A stretch of DNA of 64,000 nt, taken from the NCBI RefSeq assembly GCF_000150275.1, contig NW_002060946.1, forward strand, positions 5,618,597-5,682,596, given 5' to 3'. The position numbers and the translations under genes are program-made. This stretch comes from Trichoplax adhaerens (taxonomy: Eukaryota > Animalia > Placozoa). The notes beneath the pieces were generated by a model that saw nothing but the letters and a program-made list of their open reading frames with translations, was not told the origin of the DNA and did no database searches. Shown piece by piece: positions 50,666 to 64,000 of this stretch (its first letter is position 1; every line of letters starts with the position of its first letter).

Positions 50666-51340
50666 CTTGGCAAACTGTCATTCTGACATGTTCTATGTCG
50701 CATATTCTTTGAAAGTGAAGGCGATACATCCTCCTTCTTAGCTACAATTTCTGAGATTGCTTTAACTGTAATATCGTAAATAAATGATAATATGATCGAT
50801 AATATACATTTCGTAATCGATAAAGAATTTCGATACAGCTTTGACTTCCAATGACAAATTCTAGAGTGCCGATATTAGCTTTCATCGTGTTTATTTACTT
50901 TTTAGTAGAGAAAAATAAGAGATGTTTTTCGAAGTTGAAAAGTATAAGACAGAACATTTTCGGAGTGGATGACCCTGAACTTCATTCATTTAGTTTACAA
51001 GAGTGTGTCAACAATCATGTACATTAACTAGTACTGTAGTAATATCTAGTCGATACCTTTTTAAAAATGAAAATATACCTCAATTAAGGCTAGTAATAAT
51101 ACAGAATCGCCCTTACAGCCCAGTTAGAAGTTGCTATTCCATAAAATAGCAGGGTATAGGCATACTTTAATTAAATGAAATTTGACCAACTTATTATAAA
51201 GGGCCATGCAACCTCAAATGAAGCAATATTTGAACCCTTACGAATAAAATATATATTACAGTAGTTGTTAAATAATTATAATGTAATAAATAAAAATTCG
51301 CGAACATTCACATTAAAAGAAAGTTTGGTTCGTAGTATAA

Positions 51341-54300
51341 CTAGAATGCCATCTGAGGACCAGCTTTCGCGACGGCGTAGAGTAACGGCAAATCAGCCTT
51401 GTCAAACCTGAAAGAGTTATCATCAGTCACTACAGCTATCTGGAACTGTACCTAATAATTTCTATCGTCAAAATAATAGCTTTATAACGCTATTTACCCT
51501 AAATGCCTAGATATTTGCTCCTCTTTAATACTAGCGTTAGCAGTGATGTATTGAGATAAGACCTAAAATAATAATTTTTATTTCTGTAAATAATAATAAA
51601 TACCCACAAATTTGGATTTACATATATCGAATTTCTTACCGTGCTTTTGAGAAATATTTCTGATAGACAATCCTCTAAATGCATCATGCACTACATAGTT
51701 GAGGAAATAACAGTGAATAACATAACAATAACATATACAGGATTATGTTGTAGTAAGCAATGATCATACAAATGCTTACAAAGTAAGGAGGAAATAATTT
51801 TCGAAGATTTTTTACAGAATTTAACATTGCAGAAACAAGCGGGGATGCGGATATTTCTTTCCTTGCTACTTCATTCCTAATTTTTAGCAATTAATTATGA
51901 TTTAGGAATGTCGGTCAATAATTTTACTATCTATAATAGTATGAATTTACAATACCTTGCATCATTGTTGTTGGCAATATACATTTCACAGGACCTTTCA
52001 AAAGAATTAAAAATTTGCTTAGCGATGATAATCTCGGCAACTGTAAGTTGTTACTTTTCATAATTTGTAGTTACCATGTATCTGTGTCCGCAACAATACA
52101 TACAGATTCAGCGATTTCTTCATCTAAAGCCGAACACTAATATGATAGAAAGATTCACGTCATACATGTTCAAAGTTTAGGATGAGCTTCTTACTACCTC
52201 TTACATACCTCAACAGAATGTTTTAAGTCATCTATCATCTTCTCCTTAAAATTCATTGCTGGAGTTCCATGCAAAACGAAATCTGGCATATACTCGTCGT
52301 TGTAACTATGCAAGAGCAAATAATAATAGTTATACGATAACACCCGGATAAAGTACTGTTAATATATGACAACTTTTTAATAATTATTAGAAATTAATCG
52401 GCGCTATTATCGTAGTACTACTTGTGAAATATCATTACTTACTCAGCTAAGAACGAGCGTCCAAAGTTAAAGCTATGATGAAAATGCGTCTCCGAACATC
52501 TAATGAGTAGAATATAGATAAGCTCAAATTAGGTTAAAATTGCGAAAATTAATCATATGTTTGAATATTATACTCACAGATTATTTACAGGTTTCGGGGA
52601 GTTACATTTTTTTGTCCTAGAATAGCGACAAAAAATAGCAACAACATACCGCTACAGGTCAGAAATTGTCATACACTTTTAAAAATTGAAGAACACTTCT
52701 TACTTTGGTAATGGAATTTCCTTAAATCCGTCATATAGAGCGTCGACATCTTCGTCAGATTCAGCTCCCTCCAATGAGGAATTATCTTGACTATCTTTTG
52801 ATGAAGATGTATCACCGCCTGCAGACTGACATCTAGCTCTACCTGTAATTTTTTCGAACTCTGTATCCTCAACAATAGTACTGTTGGCTGCTATCATTTT
52901 TTCTGCTAACTCTATGGCAGCATCCGCAGCATTTAAAGGTTTTTCTTTAACCGGATTCTTGACAATTTCATGAATGCAGTTTTCAGAGTAAGCTCTTAGT
53001 TTGAGTAATGGAGCTTTCTTTTCTTTGCATTCGGCATCAATCAAAGTTCTCTCATCATCGATTTCATTAAGCCATTCAATGGTAATTTCATCGTCTTCGT
53101 AAATTTCACTACATCTGATAAAGTAGCTTAAAAGGTATAATATATTCCTCACTACCGGAGCGTTTTTACCAACAACAATAGTTCGACATATTCTGGTATC
53201 TGAGCCAACACTACCATAGAGATCACTAATAAAGAATGATGAGGAAAGGTGTACAGCTTATTGAATAAACCAAGGCCCTAACTGAAATTACTGATAGAGT
53301 ATTAATGCTAGTTTCATACCCTAATTGAGCCCACACTGGATTGTAAGGAAGCGAGCGCGCCAATTCGTTCAACTAAGAGAATATACATGATTAACATATC
53401 TTGGTTATAATTGAAAAAGAAGTTAGGGGTAGTAACAGGCTACAATGTCACACTTTTCACACTTACAGATACAGAAAAACGTTTATCATAATAGGACGGA
53501 TAGGGCGATTTTTCATCAGGAGCAACTGTAGAGACCCACGCAAGGTGATGACGTAGGACAGCGGTGATTAACTTTGAAATGAAACTGTAAAAAATTTTAT
53601 GCAATCAGGTTAAGAAAATATTCTTTTATGAATCGTAGATGACGTGAACAATTCATCGCATTAAAAAACAAAAAACATACAAATTATATTTCGGTTCATT
53701 AAATCTTTCGACCATTTGTACTAAGGTATCCACAAAACGCGAACATATTTCGTCTCGTTGATTATTCATAGCTAGTAAATTAAGCCACACCGGTTCCTGA
53801 ATAAGCAATAATACATACTGTTACGCAATGATTTCGATGCTGAAAATACAAAGTAAAGCCAATTTCGATGACATATTTCAATATAGTCAATGCAAATACC
53901 CTTACCGGCATACGAATAGCAGAATATAACTGGCATACCGTATTCTTAAATTTGGTAACAGCCTGAAATCCATGTTTGCGTATAAAAGGAGGAAAGAAAT
54001 TATTGTATCATACTAACTGTGCAACAAGAATGACAAATTAATCAGCTTCTTACTTCAGTAATAATCGCATAAAAGTTAGATTTGTCATCAAAGTTTCTAT
54101 TAATAATTTCCTTAAGTCGGTTAATATGGGATTCCAATACCATAAAATGAGAAAAGAAAAATCTCTTGAAGGACCTAAAAAGGGACAGGGTAAACGTTAT
54201 ACTTAAATAAGAAGGACAAGACCAACAACGTAAACGAAATATTCAAATGATATGCATCCAAGTTTACTAACTTAATTTTACAGGCATTTTCTTTACTATC

Positions 54301-57300
54301 ATCCCACAAGTTAAATATGATTCCAACGGCTAATTTAAGCTTTCTTCTTCTAGTATTAGAACAATTCTGTAATAGAAAGTAATGTTATAAGTAGGAGTAT
54401 ATCACATTAAATTTGTGTAACGTAACTAACTGGAGAATTTTCTGCTTCTTGTATCTGCGAGTTGTCTTCTGAGAATCCAAATTCGAGACTTGTGGACTTA
54501 TTGCGGAACAGTCTACGCTGGTAGCTTCCGTGAAAGGTAGCCGGTGACTGCGGGTAAAATAAATAGCTACCTTTCAAAGAGCTTGATTCTATAAGATATA
54601 GCGTAAAAAATCATCCCATTTAGAGAAGAACTATCAATACGAGTATGTGATAAGTTTAAAATAATAATAATCTTATTGTTCCAATTGTATTAATAGATGA
54701 CATTATTGAATTCTTGTCGCATTTACCAAATGAATCGGCGCTACCAACTGTAAAAAAATTGAATTTGCATTAGATGGAAAATATCTTTTCATTATTAATC
54801 ATTTTGTTAGATACAATGCATGCAAGCATCTCAATGAACGTCGATGTTACGTCAATTATTAAATTTATCATTAATACTAAGCATTTATACTTACCGCCAA
54901 ATCCAGAATCACGTCTACCGGTACGAGCAGGAATATTGATTAAACCTTTAAGACCATCAATCAACGAAGTAAATCAATATAAAGTGTATGCTAGTTTATA
55001 TTAAAGATCATATATTTATACAGTTCGATAAACATGTATACATACAATCGACAGAATAATTATGCTTTGCCAGGCTAGTACGCGGACTTGCTTCTAATGA
55101 TTAAAACATATAGTGATAAAAATTGAAGAAATTTCGCTGGACGCTAGTTAATCTAAGTTCTAAAATTGTAAACCACTTTAATATAACTAGTAAAAGTAAA
55201 AATCGCTCGATATTAGAGTACCATCACTTAAAATTATTATTCAATTTTAGTATGTAAGCAAAGCGATATTTTGATTGCATGAAATAACGTTTATTGGACA
55301 ACGAGATGAACAAGCAAAGTCGGCAGTCATAAACGTTTTCATATTCTGCTAGTATACGTATAAGTAGAATTGCTTTAGTAAGGAAGGTGTTAGTACCTTG
55401 TCTGAGTATGGAAGTCGACATGGACTTTGAAGTAAGGGCTACACAAAGGTAAATAATATATTGAATTATTAATGTTACGAAAGCCGTAGTCGACAAATCG
55501 GTCAGTGACTGTAACATATAGCGTAGGCTTACGTCGAGAACTGACGCGTAGTTCATCTAGACTTGATCTTGCATAAGACGATTTAGATGACGTATCGTCA
55601 GCTTTATTATCAATTCTAAAAAAGGAGATGTAAAATTAATAATACGCCATGAGTAAAGTTAATAATTACTCATATATTAATTTTATCAAATTATAGAGGG
55701 TAGATCATTAAACTATCTGCTGTACCTATCCAACGTAAATACTTTGGTTACTAATAGTTGTGGAGGTATTCTAATTTCGTGGACTTTTACAGTGGTTTTG
55801 TCAATTTTAACGGCGACAGAACCAAACATAATTTCTTTAAACATTTTAATATCGGAATTAATTTGATTGCCTTGATTGCCATCTGAGGGGAAACGTCTAC
55901 CATTCTTTCCAGTATCTAACAGTAACGACTTTTGTCCATGATGATCTTCTTGAAATATTAAGATACGAATTTGTTTCTCGTCGAAAGGAGGAGATGGCAA
56001 TCTAAAAGTGATACAGTTTATGTCAATAATAGTGAATTGTTACTCATCAGTGCAGTACATAAATCAATCATTTACCAGGTATGTTATACATGGAATAAAG
56101 TCTATCAATCATTACTTGACTATAGCGATAACGTTGCACCATGTTGTATTAATTTAAAATATTATATTAATATCGAGAGAATAAGAAAGAGCCAATGTTT
56201 GGCATTTTAAGTCATAAAAAGTCGATTGATAATGGAACTACGTAATGTTGCTCCTCATTAATTAGGGCGTAATTGTTTGAGAATGTTCAGCCAGGGCTAC
56301 TATTTTGATATCACTGCGTTAGTTTAGTGGTAACATTTTGAAGAGTTATAGGCATTGATGTCCAAATGGTATAATGGCAAAGCAGTAAATTTAATGCCTC
56401 GGTACACATTGTAGTAAAATACTCGCATGTCAAAGGATTGAGCAGAGCGAGCTCTATGAATAGGTTAATTTTACCAACAATTAATGATTAGTACCAAACT
56501 CATGACATTCATATGTACAAATTGTAGACATATCGAGAATTTTTGCCTCAATTTCTTTTAATTCAAAAGAAATCTTTCAAAACACAATTTACTATTGATA
56601 ATTATAGTTTATGACTACAGATCAGCACGCGATATTACAAGGGTCTACTATAGTATATTTAATAGAAAGAATAACTGTTATGAGCAATACTAATTCATTT
56701 ACGTATAATTCAGAAATTGTTTATATTGCAGTAAACATGAATAGGAGCGTGTAGATGATCTAGTACACTATAACTTTGCAATTGGAGAAAAAATAGATGA
56801 ATTACGTTTTAAAGTGGATGTAGCATACACGCGTAATTTGCTTGTTTTATCCAGTAATCAATCAGTATCACTGTAAGTTACAAGTAGAAGAATATGGGAC
56901 CAATAAAATGCACATGTTTTCATTTTGGTGTTGGTAAGAATATTTACCATGGATAGCTAGTTGTAAGTTTACTGTAAGCGAGTGAATTACTTGGATTCTA
57001 CAAATTGATGGTAACGCGCTGATTATTCTACCCCATTCATTCTAACATAAACATCACTGACGTTCATATAACAACAGACTACCGTAGAATAAGAGGCCTT
57101 AAAGTCAGATTTTGTGTTGGTTCAATTTGCTTACTACAGTTTACATTAAGAAGATGTTGCATCATTATCTAGTGGATTACATCGTTTTGGACAAAAGCGA
57201 CATGTAATTCGATTTGAACCATTGCTAATTGTAAGCATTGACAAGAAGATTTTCATGTTATCAATTTAAAAAGTGTATATGGATAGGAGGCTGTAGGTGA

Positions 57301-58215
57301 TATTGCGAAATGATGAGTCGAAAAGGTGCAGACTTTAAGACGTTCATAATGATTATGGTGGAATGAGTCATCGATTGTACAGTACTTGTATTATTTTGTA
57401 TTCATGGCATAGGGAATGTAATATCGGACAACGACAAGAAGTAAGAATGAAATAAGAATATTGTAAAATCAAAAATTGTCTACTACAGTGCCATAAAGTG
57501 TATTCAACCTAGTAAGGTCGATCATGGTAGAACATTTTGTGAAGAGACTTACTTTGGTTTGGCATGGCTTTCTACTTGACTGCTTGACATTGATTGAAGA
57601 TTTATATAGCAGCAAATGAAAAAAAAAACATTCAACTTGCAATCATTGCATCATACATAATACAGTCCATACCAATGTCTATAGACATCAAGACCACTGG
57701 TAGTGCAATCAAGCAATAGGTTGATTGTAATTATCCTATCAACTTGTAGTCGACAAATTATTTATTGTCAAATAAGCACCTGCAATCACGGTTGTACTGC
57801 GCTCTAAGTTTGTTTTACTGTTTCTATGGACTACCGCCATTCATCAATCTCTTTACTGATACAGTATCGATGGACGCAGTTTCCATTCAGCAATATGGCG
57901 AGGTTGATCATTGTAAATACTGTAATACATATCTCTAACCCTTTCCACTGTCTTTTTCTGTCGACTAGCACTTGTATGTACTGTATTGGACTGTACTAAA
58001 GAATTGGTATTTTTTTCTCCTTTTTTTGTGAGGACTATAGCCATGATTGTCAATTGACTGGCCATGGCCATTACTGTATATCCTATCAACATTGTCTACT
58101 GTAGTATGGTAGTATGCAGTATGACGATGACGTTGTGTACTAATGATTGAACTTACATGACGTCTTGTTCTTCTTTATGAGAAAAGGATAGAGTTGCTGC
58201 TATCTTAGAAAGCAT
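51341..58215 (-). CDS. FNIP1: Folliculin-interacting protein (FNIP1/2 orthologue)
   Basis: FDEKQIRILIFQ, MFKEIMFGSVAV, KLAVGIIF, EPVWL, LITAVLRHHLAWVSTV, YNPVWAQL, RTIVVGK...ILYLLSYFIRCSE, NFGRSFL, PDFVLHG, CIVADTDTW, DLPLLYAVA. The first exon is tentative. Confidence 0.9.
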
Positions 58216-58999
58216 GTTGAACGGTTGATCATGTACACCAGTTGTATATAGACACTGGTTAAGCAGAGAAATTCATCCAGAAATGGAAAGGTTGTTTTTG
58301 TAGAATGTAGAGTATTTGCAGCAGTAGTAGGTCGCTATCGACAACCAATGTTTTGATTGGGAAATGACTGTCAATTGGAATAGGAAAGGTAGACTACATC
58401 AATGGATTATCTACTCCTCCTACTACCGTATAATATAAACTGTTGGCTATTGCAATACTATGTAGGATAGTAATCAGTCAAGATTGCTTGCAGAACGATT
58501 TGACCGCTATTGAAAAATGAAGGATGGAAAGCTTGACCAACACTCTCGCTGTTGTCTCCTCCACTGACAATTGTTGTATCAAAGAGATCCAATCTACTCC
58601 AACGGCTGTCCACTACAGTATCCAACAACCATTTCAATTCAATGACTTTAACAAACCCCTTTTTCTTCTTTTTAGACACAACTCTTAACAGACAAATGTT
58701 TCTCAATCTCTCCAGCACCAATTTTCAAGCTCAATTTCAAGTCGATTGGACATGCAATTCAATGAATTGCCAGAGACATGTTGGAAGATTCCACTTTGGC
58801 TAAGTGCAAAAGAATTCCTTCACCCAAGTACCTTCACCCTACTACCTTCACCCTACTACCTTCACCCTACTACTGCTGGACCGCTATGCTATTGTCAATA
58901 ACAATAAGGCGCGTCACCACAGTGGGGTTGAACACCGTGTCCCATGACTTGCACTTTATTCAAGTACGGTGAAATAAAATGCCCATAGTTTTACCTTAG

Positions 59000-60130
59000 C
59001 TCGATACTTGTGTTTCAACGCTATCGACGGAGTGACTAGGGTGGACTGTTTACAGGGGGCAGTCCGATGCATGATATCCACATGACGCTCCTCATTCAAA
59101 GCCATTTCCCATACAAACCAATACAGAGTCAGTGACCTAGACGGTACAGTACAGTACGGTACAGGAGAACTGGTTCCGAAAGTAGTGTCACGTGCTCATC
59201 CGGTGGCTTGTGCGTCAGCACATAGCTGAGTGACTGAGTCATCCGAAATACTTTCCAGTCCAGGTTAGGTTAGTCGCTGATGAACAGCTTGGACAGACAG
59301 AAAAGTCCTCCAACGACGAGAGGGTAAGGGGAGTTGTCTGTCCAACTTCTTGGTACTAGTACAGTACCGGTACTGTACCGGTACAGTACTGGTATGGATT
59401 GTGTACAGTACAGTGCAGTACGGTAGACTACAGATCGTGCAGTACTGTACAGTACTGTACACTGTAAAGCTGTCGAGAAAGTCACCTACCGATCCCAAGC
59501 TTGGGAACGCATGAATGTGTACAGCAGTCCAAAACGTCACCCATCGATCCCATTGTTGGGCGCGCATAGACAGTTGGACACTGGACGGTACGCAAACAAT
59601 TCATCATCCAAGTTTCAAACTGGACTCATTGTCTATACTTTACTGTACCATGGACGATGCAGCTGAGATTGGCGACAGTGGCCTGTCCAAATCAATGATT
59701 GCTATGCTTTTCTTTTCACCACAGTCATGGACTACAGTACCAAATGTCCTCGATAGTCCATGACCACCATTGCAACAGTAGTCTAGACTACAGTATGACC
59801 ACCGTGCTACAAGCGTACTGTACAGTACAACTCTCCTCAGGCTCATTTCCCTTATTCAACGGTTTTGTTTTGGTACTGAACCTTCGACCGATGCAATGAC
59901 AACAACATTAACACAAAATCGGTGAACCATCTCCAATCTGCTATTGTGGACCAAAATGCCGCTAGCATCCTAGGCTACAGTATGGCGAGTGGAGAAGACA
60001 GCCAGTCGCCTGTTGCACCACGCCATGGTACCGTACTACGCAGGGTCGTCAACGGCAGTCATAAGAAGCAGGTGACCCACTGGAAAGGTTGAAGCCATCG
60101 CCACTTCAACTTGGACCCGATTGCGATCGA
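59000..60130. promoter_or_regulatory. Putative bidirectional promoter (FNIP / STOML1), GC-elevated with ACAGTAC/GTACTGT arrays
   Basis: Between divergent genes; dense gtacagtac/gtactgtac at 59140-59830; CACGTG at ~59189. Confidence 0.5.
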
Positions 60131-60135
60131 GGAAA

Positions 60136-62894
60136 ATGGTGACGATGAAATATAACGCAATTCCTCTTGACGATAGGCAACTAACGGCTAACCAATTACC
60201 ATGTAAGGCAATTAAGAATGTTTTGAAAATGATTAAGACTAGCTCAGTAGACACGTTGCCTTGGAAGAGACTTGATTTCTTCTCCTTATTGATGTTATTT
60301 ATTATTATGATGGATAGCCAAAAAGTTCCATCCATGCTATTATGTCATCGTGTCGCTATGTTACCTGCTGATGCTGATAACATCGCCTTTCTCATGGTAC
60401 TTCTGCTTAAAGGTAGGCCTGATCATCCAAGCTGAATTCTATCAGTGCAATCAATGATCATTAGTCTTGCTTTGTAAACCCAATTTACTCTACTCCAATC
60501 CATCAGCCATAAGTCAACAGTTAGCGATGTCTAATTGACTACCATTGGGCTTTCAACGCTGAAATGCAACACTTCCACTTCTGCCCAAGTACAGTATACA
60601 CTTCGGTGATTCAACCCAATATCTTGCTACAGTATCCATGCATATTCGCTTTTCAGCGTAATAGCAGAAGTACAGTATACACTTCGGTGATTCAATCCAA
60701 TATCTTGCTACAGTATCCATGCATATTCGCTTTTCAGCATAATAACTGTACTACTTGCCTTAGGACTACCTTGTTGGATAGGCTAGATCCCACCTACTTC
60801 ACATTATAATTATTGACTAACTATACATTATCTTCACTGCCGTGTAATATTATCTAGCAATCGTATCAATGATTTACATTCGCAAGTTGATCTTAGCCAA
60901 TATATTTCTCAGCAAGTGAAATAAAACTCTTCAATAAATTACATAGAATTTGCCTAAAAATACTTAAAAAAAACAAACAACAATAATTAAGACGAGTGGT
61001 CGATGTGCTTCATCACAACATTAGATCAATACCGTACTGAATACCTAAAGCGAAATGACATCCATACTATGGCAACTGTGATCATTATATATTAATTATT
61101 CAAAACGATCCATTGCTGCTGCTATACTGTAAAGAGTCGTCAACATGTATTGATGCTATCGAACTGAATGATGTAGTAATGAGTGAACTTTCCCTTTAAA
61201 GTATAATGAAATGAATTGAGCTGACGTTATTCAATGATATACATAGGCGGTCAAGGAATATGAAGTATTATCCATTTTCCGCCTTGGCAGACTACTTCCG
61301 CCCAAGAAATCAGGTTAGATAATTAATTGTGACGCTACTTATCTCAAAATAACAACTTATACAACTTGGTTACTGCCGTATATCACCACAATGCTACTCT
61401 AGGCGTTAAAACATTAGTAATGATCTTGTTTATCAAGCCAATTATCGCAACCCAGGTGGATATTGTGCAATGACCTTGCACGTATTGCTAAACTCGCCCT
61501 ACAACATCTAAGCCGGTAATCGAGGATGATCCTGTTTTGAATACTAACATTACACATTTTTTCAAGGTATTAACGTAATTTTACCGTGTATTGACAACTG
61601 GACCATTTGCGACATGAGGACTCGTGCATTCAACGTACCGCCCCAACAGGTAAATAATAATGATAATCATAACGTGCGTAAGTTGTGACTGTGCTACTTA
61701 CATTCGTTTTTACTGTACTGCAAGTTGAGAAAATTGCAGTATTTCCTGTACTTTCTGAGCTGGTTCTATAATTTACGTAGTACCTGTAGATAATAGTTTT
61801 TAGCCATTTAAATGATGACGTATAACATTGCTTCCAATCTTTTTTTTCCAGATTTTAACTCAAGATAAGGCTACTATCTCTATTGGCGCATCCATCTATT
61901 ATCGTATTCATGATGCAAATACCTCTATAATGGCAACGCAGGATCTAAATTGTTCATCACGAACAATCGCTCAAACTTCTGTCAAAAATATTCTTACAAC
62001 AAAAACTGTACAGGAAATTGAATCGAAATTGCCACATTTAAATGATGAAATTCAAGTAAAGTGAATTTAACCTTCATTTATTGTAGCCTACAATCATGCC
62101 ATGATTGATTGAATTGAACTTTTCAACTCATAAATAACGCTTATTTCTCAGATTTCATTAAACAAGGAAACAACGCTATGGGGTATGGAAATCCAGCGAG
62201 TTGAGCTGTAAGTTTATAGTTTGATTTAAAAAAGCAATAGATGCATTTAAATTGATCTTACGGTATTGCACTATTTAATTGTAATGTATGTACCCTTCAC
62301 AGAACTTTGCCCCGAGTTCTACGACGCCAAGATGATACTTCCAACCCAATCTTATTACCCGATTACGCATATACTCCAAAAACTGACATCAATTTTGTTT
62401 CTCCTGGTTATAATACTACCTATGTTACTCCTGGTCACAACACTATTAACTATGATTCTACCGCATTGGAAATGTTAAATACAAGCAGTAAATCACATGT
62501 AGATTCCACTGAAGCCTACAACGCGAAAGAAAATGTAAAGGCGCGCCTTTCACCACATGATATTATTACAGCTATAGATGGCTTATGTAACAGAATCCAT
62601 GTTGCTAATGTAGGAGCTGTTTACCAATTAGATTTAGAGATATCACGAGGTGTTACGGAGACTTATTACATTGATTTAAAATATGGAGATGGATCTGCTG
62701 GTGTAGGAAAGCCAAGAAATTGTAAACCTGATTGTATCATCAGTATATCAGAAGAAGACATGGTAGATTTATTTACGAGGCAGATATCTGCTAAAATGGC
62801 TTATATGCAAGGTAGACTAAGAGTATCTGGTAACATAGGCTCAGCAATGAAGTTAGAGAGTTTCCTATCTTCATTGGCTGAGCGCGTGGTATAA
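60136..62894 (+). CDS. STOML1: Stomatin-like protein 1 (SPFH/band-7 plus C-terminal SCP2 domain)
   Basis: MVTMKYNAIPLDD (cf. GYRALPLGD); hydrophobic CYYVIVSLCYLLMLITSPFSWYFCLK; IFRLGRL; ILPCIDNW...DMRTRAFNVPPQQ; WGMEIQRVEL; SCP2 motifs YYIDLKYGDGSAGVG...AYMQGRLRVSGNIGSAMKLE. Confidence 0.93.
60587..60743. repeat. Intronic tandem duplication, ~82 bp
   Basis: aagtacagtatacacttcggtgattcaa.ccaatatcttgctacagtatccatgcatattcgcttttcagc occurs twice. Confidence 0.85.
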
Positions 62895-64000
62895 TTATTA
62901 TTTTGGTAAGAGAAAGGTATCGTCGACTAATTTATGGGCTAATAATGATTAATTAATAAGAAGATATTGCCTGTAACTTTGAATTTAATATGATGATACG
63001 CTAATTGTGCGTAATAAATTTTAATATCCATTATTTTACATTATTAGGCATCTTATGCTTGTATTTCGATTCTCAATATTCTTACAGTAATGGGAGATTC
63101 CTAGAATATTATAAATAATACATATGTATATGTCCGTATAGATCTGTACTTACATAATATACTACATGTACATTTATTTAGTATATTTAAGGCATATACA
63201 GTACATACTGTATATCTGTACATCTGTGAATATGTAAGTAATTCATACAGTTCTTGCCCAGACAGAATAGGAACTGCAGCAGTGTTAATTATTGACGTAA
63301 AACTACTGCCGTTGGGCGTTATCTTTGAAACATCGAAATAGGTAAAAAATTGTTATGGAGCTGTTTTAGCACAATCATTAGTATCTTAATTTATTATAAT
63401 TTTTCCTTTGTAATTACATATTCTGCTGTATGTGTATTGAATGAAGATATTGTATAATAATTTTGCGTTTTAAAATCATACACAAAAGAATTTATACAGC
63501 AATGCTTCTGTTTATCTATATTACAAAAATTTTGATTACTGATGGATTCCACTGAGGAAAAAAAGCTTCCTGTTGGATATAACATTCAAAATTTTTCGAC
63601 TTAGAAACATGAATAAGCTACTATCAGCAGCTATCATTTATCTACTTTTGCTAGCTTAATACAGCTTGTGATCCAATCAATGTGTAATAATGTACTACAG
63701 TATGAAACCGTAAAGATTAGCTATCGAATTTGAAGCGAGCTTTTAGCATCAATCTACTCGTCACTAGCATCGTTTTGTTATATCATTCCTGTGTATGATC
63801 TTTGTATCGTGTAAATAGCTTTTATAAATACATTGGATAGTTAACGACCGATATGTGTACCACCTGCTCATCACTCTAATTTAACAATTTCTATATATTA
63901 AGAGACGTTATGTTATAATTGTATAGGGTAGTGTTCAGGCAAATTATCGGAATATCGTACTTAGTTGATAGTTTTAGTATTACAATGTATAATCAATAAA

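Noticed and set aside
59265-59899. Cluster of short Cys/Thr/Val/Tyr-rich ORFs (also 12060-12784)
   Set aside because: Translation products of the CAGTAC motif clouds, with no coding signature
63394-63585. 63-aa minus-strand ORF near the right edge
   Set aside because: No recognisable domain or supporting exon structure

Overview
AT-rich, intron-dense eukaryotic (animal) DNA with short GT-AG introns. The gene content and compactness resemble a placozoan (Trichoplax-like); this is an inference. Spliced genes reconstructed by eye: a tandem-CH/coiled-coil protein (-, runs off the left edge), a DDX21/PMH-like DEAD-box helicase with a mitochondrial-type presequence (+), a cluster of four NTF2/SnoaL-like (DUF4440/YybH-type) paralogs, lysosomal alpha-mannosidase MAN2B1-like (-), inorganic pyrophosphatase (+), FNIP (-) and STOML1 (+). 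The most striking feature is 22132-26927, an inverted and circularly permuted copy of 35001-39856. This points to duplication through a circular DNA intermediate that integrated at a GATT(T)AAA microhomology. Inside this near-identical copy, only exon 2 and the first 95 nt of exon 3 of the duplicated DUF4440 gene are heavily rewritten. With a shifted splice donor they give a new 69-aa ORF whose stop coincides with the end of the divergence, making it a candidate newborn gene under strong selection. All alignments and exon boundaries were made manually.
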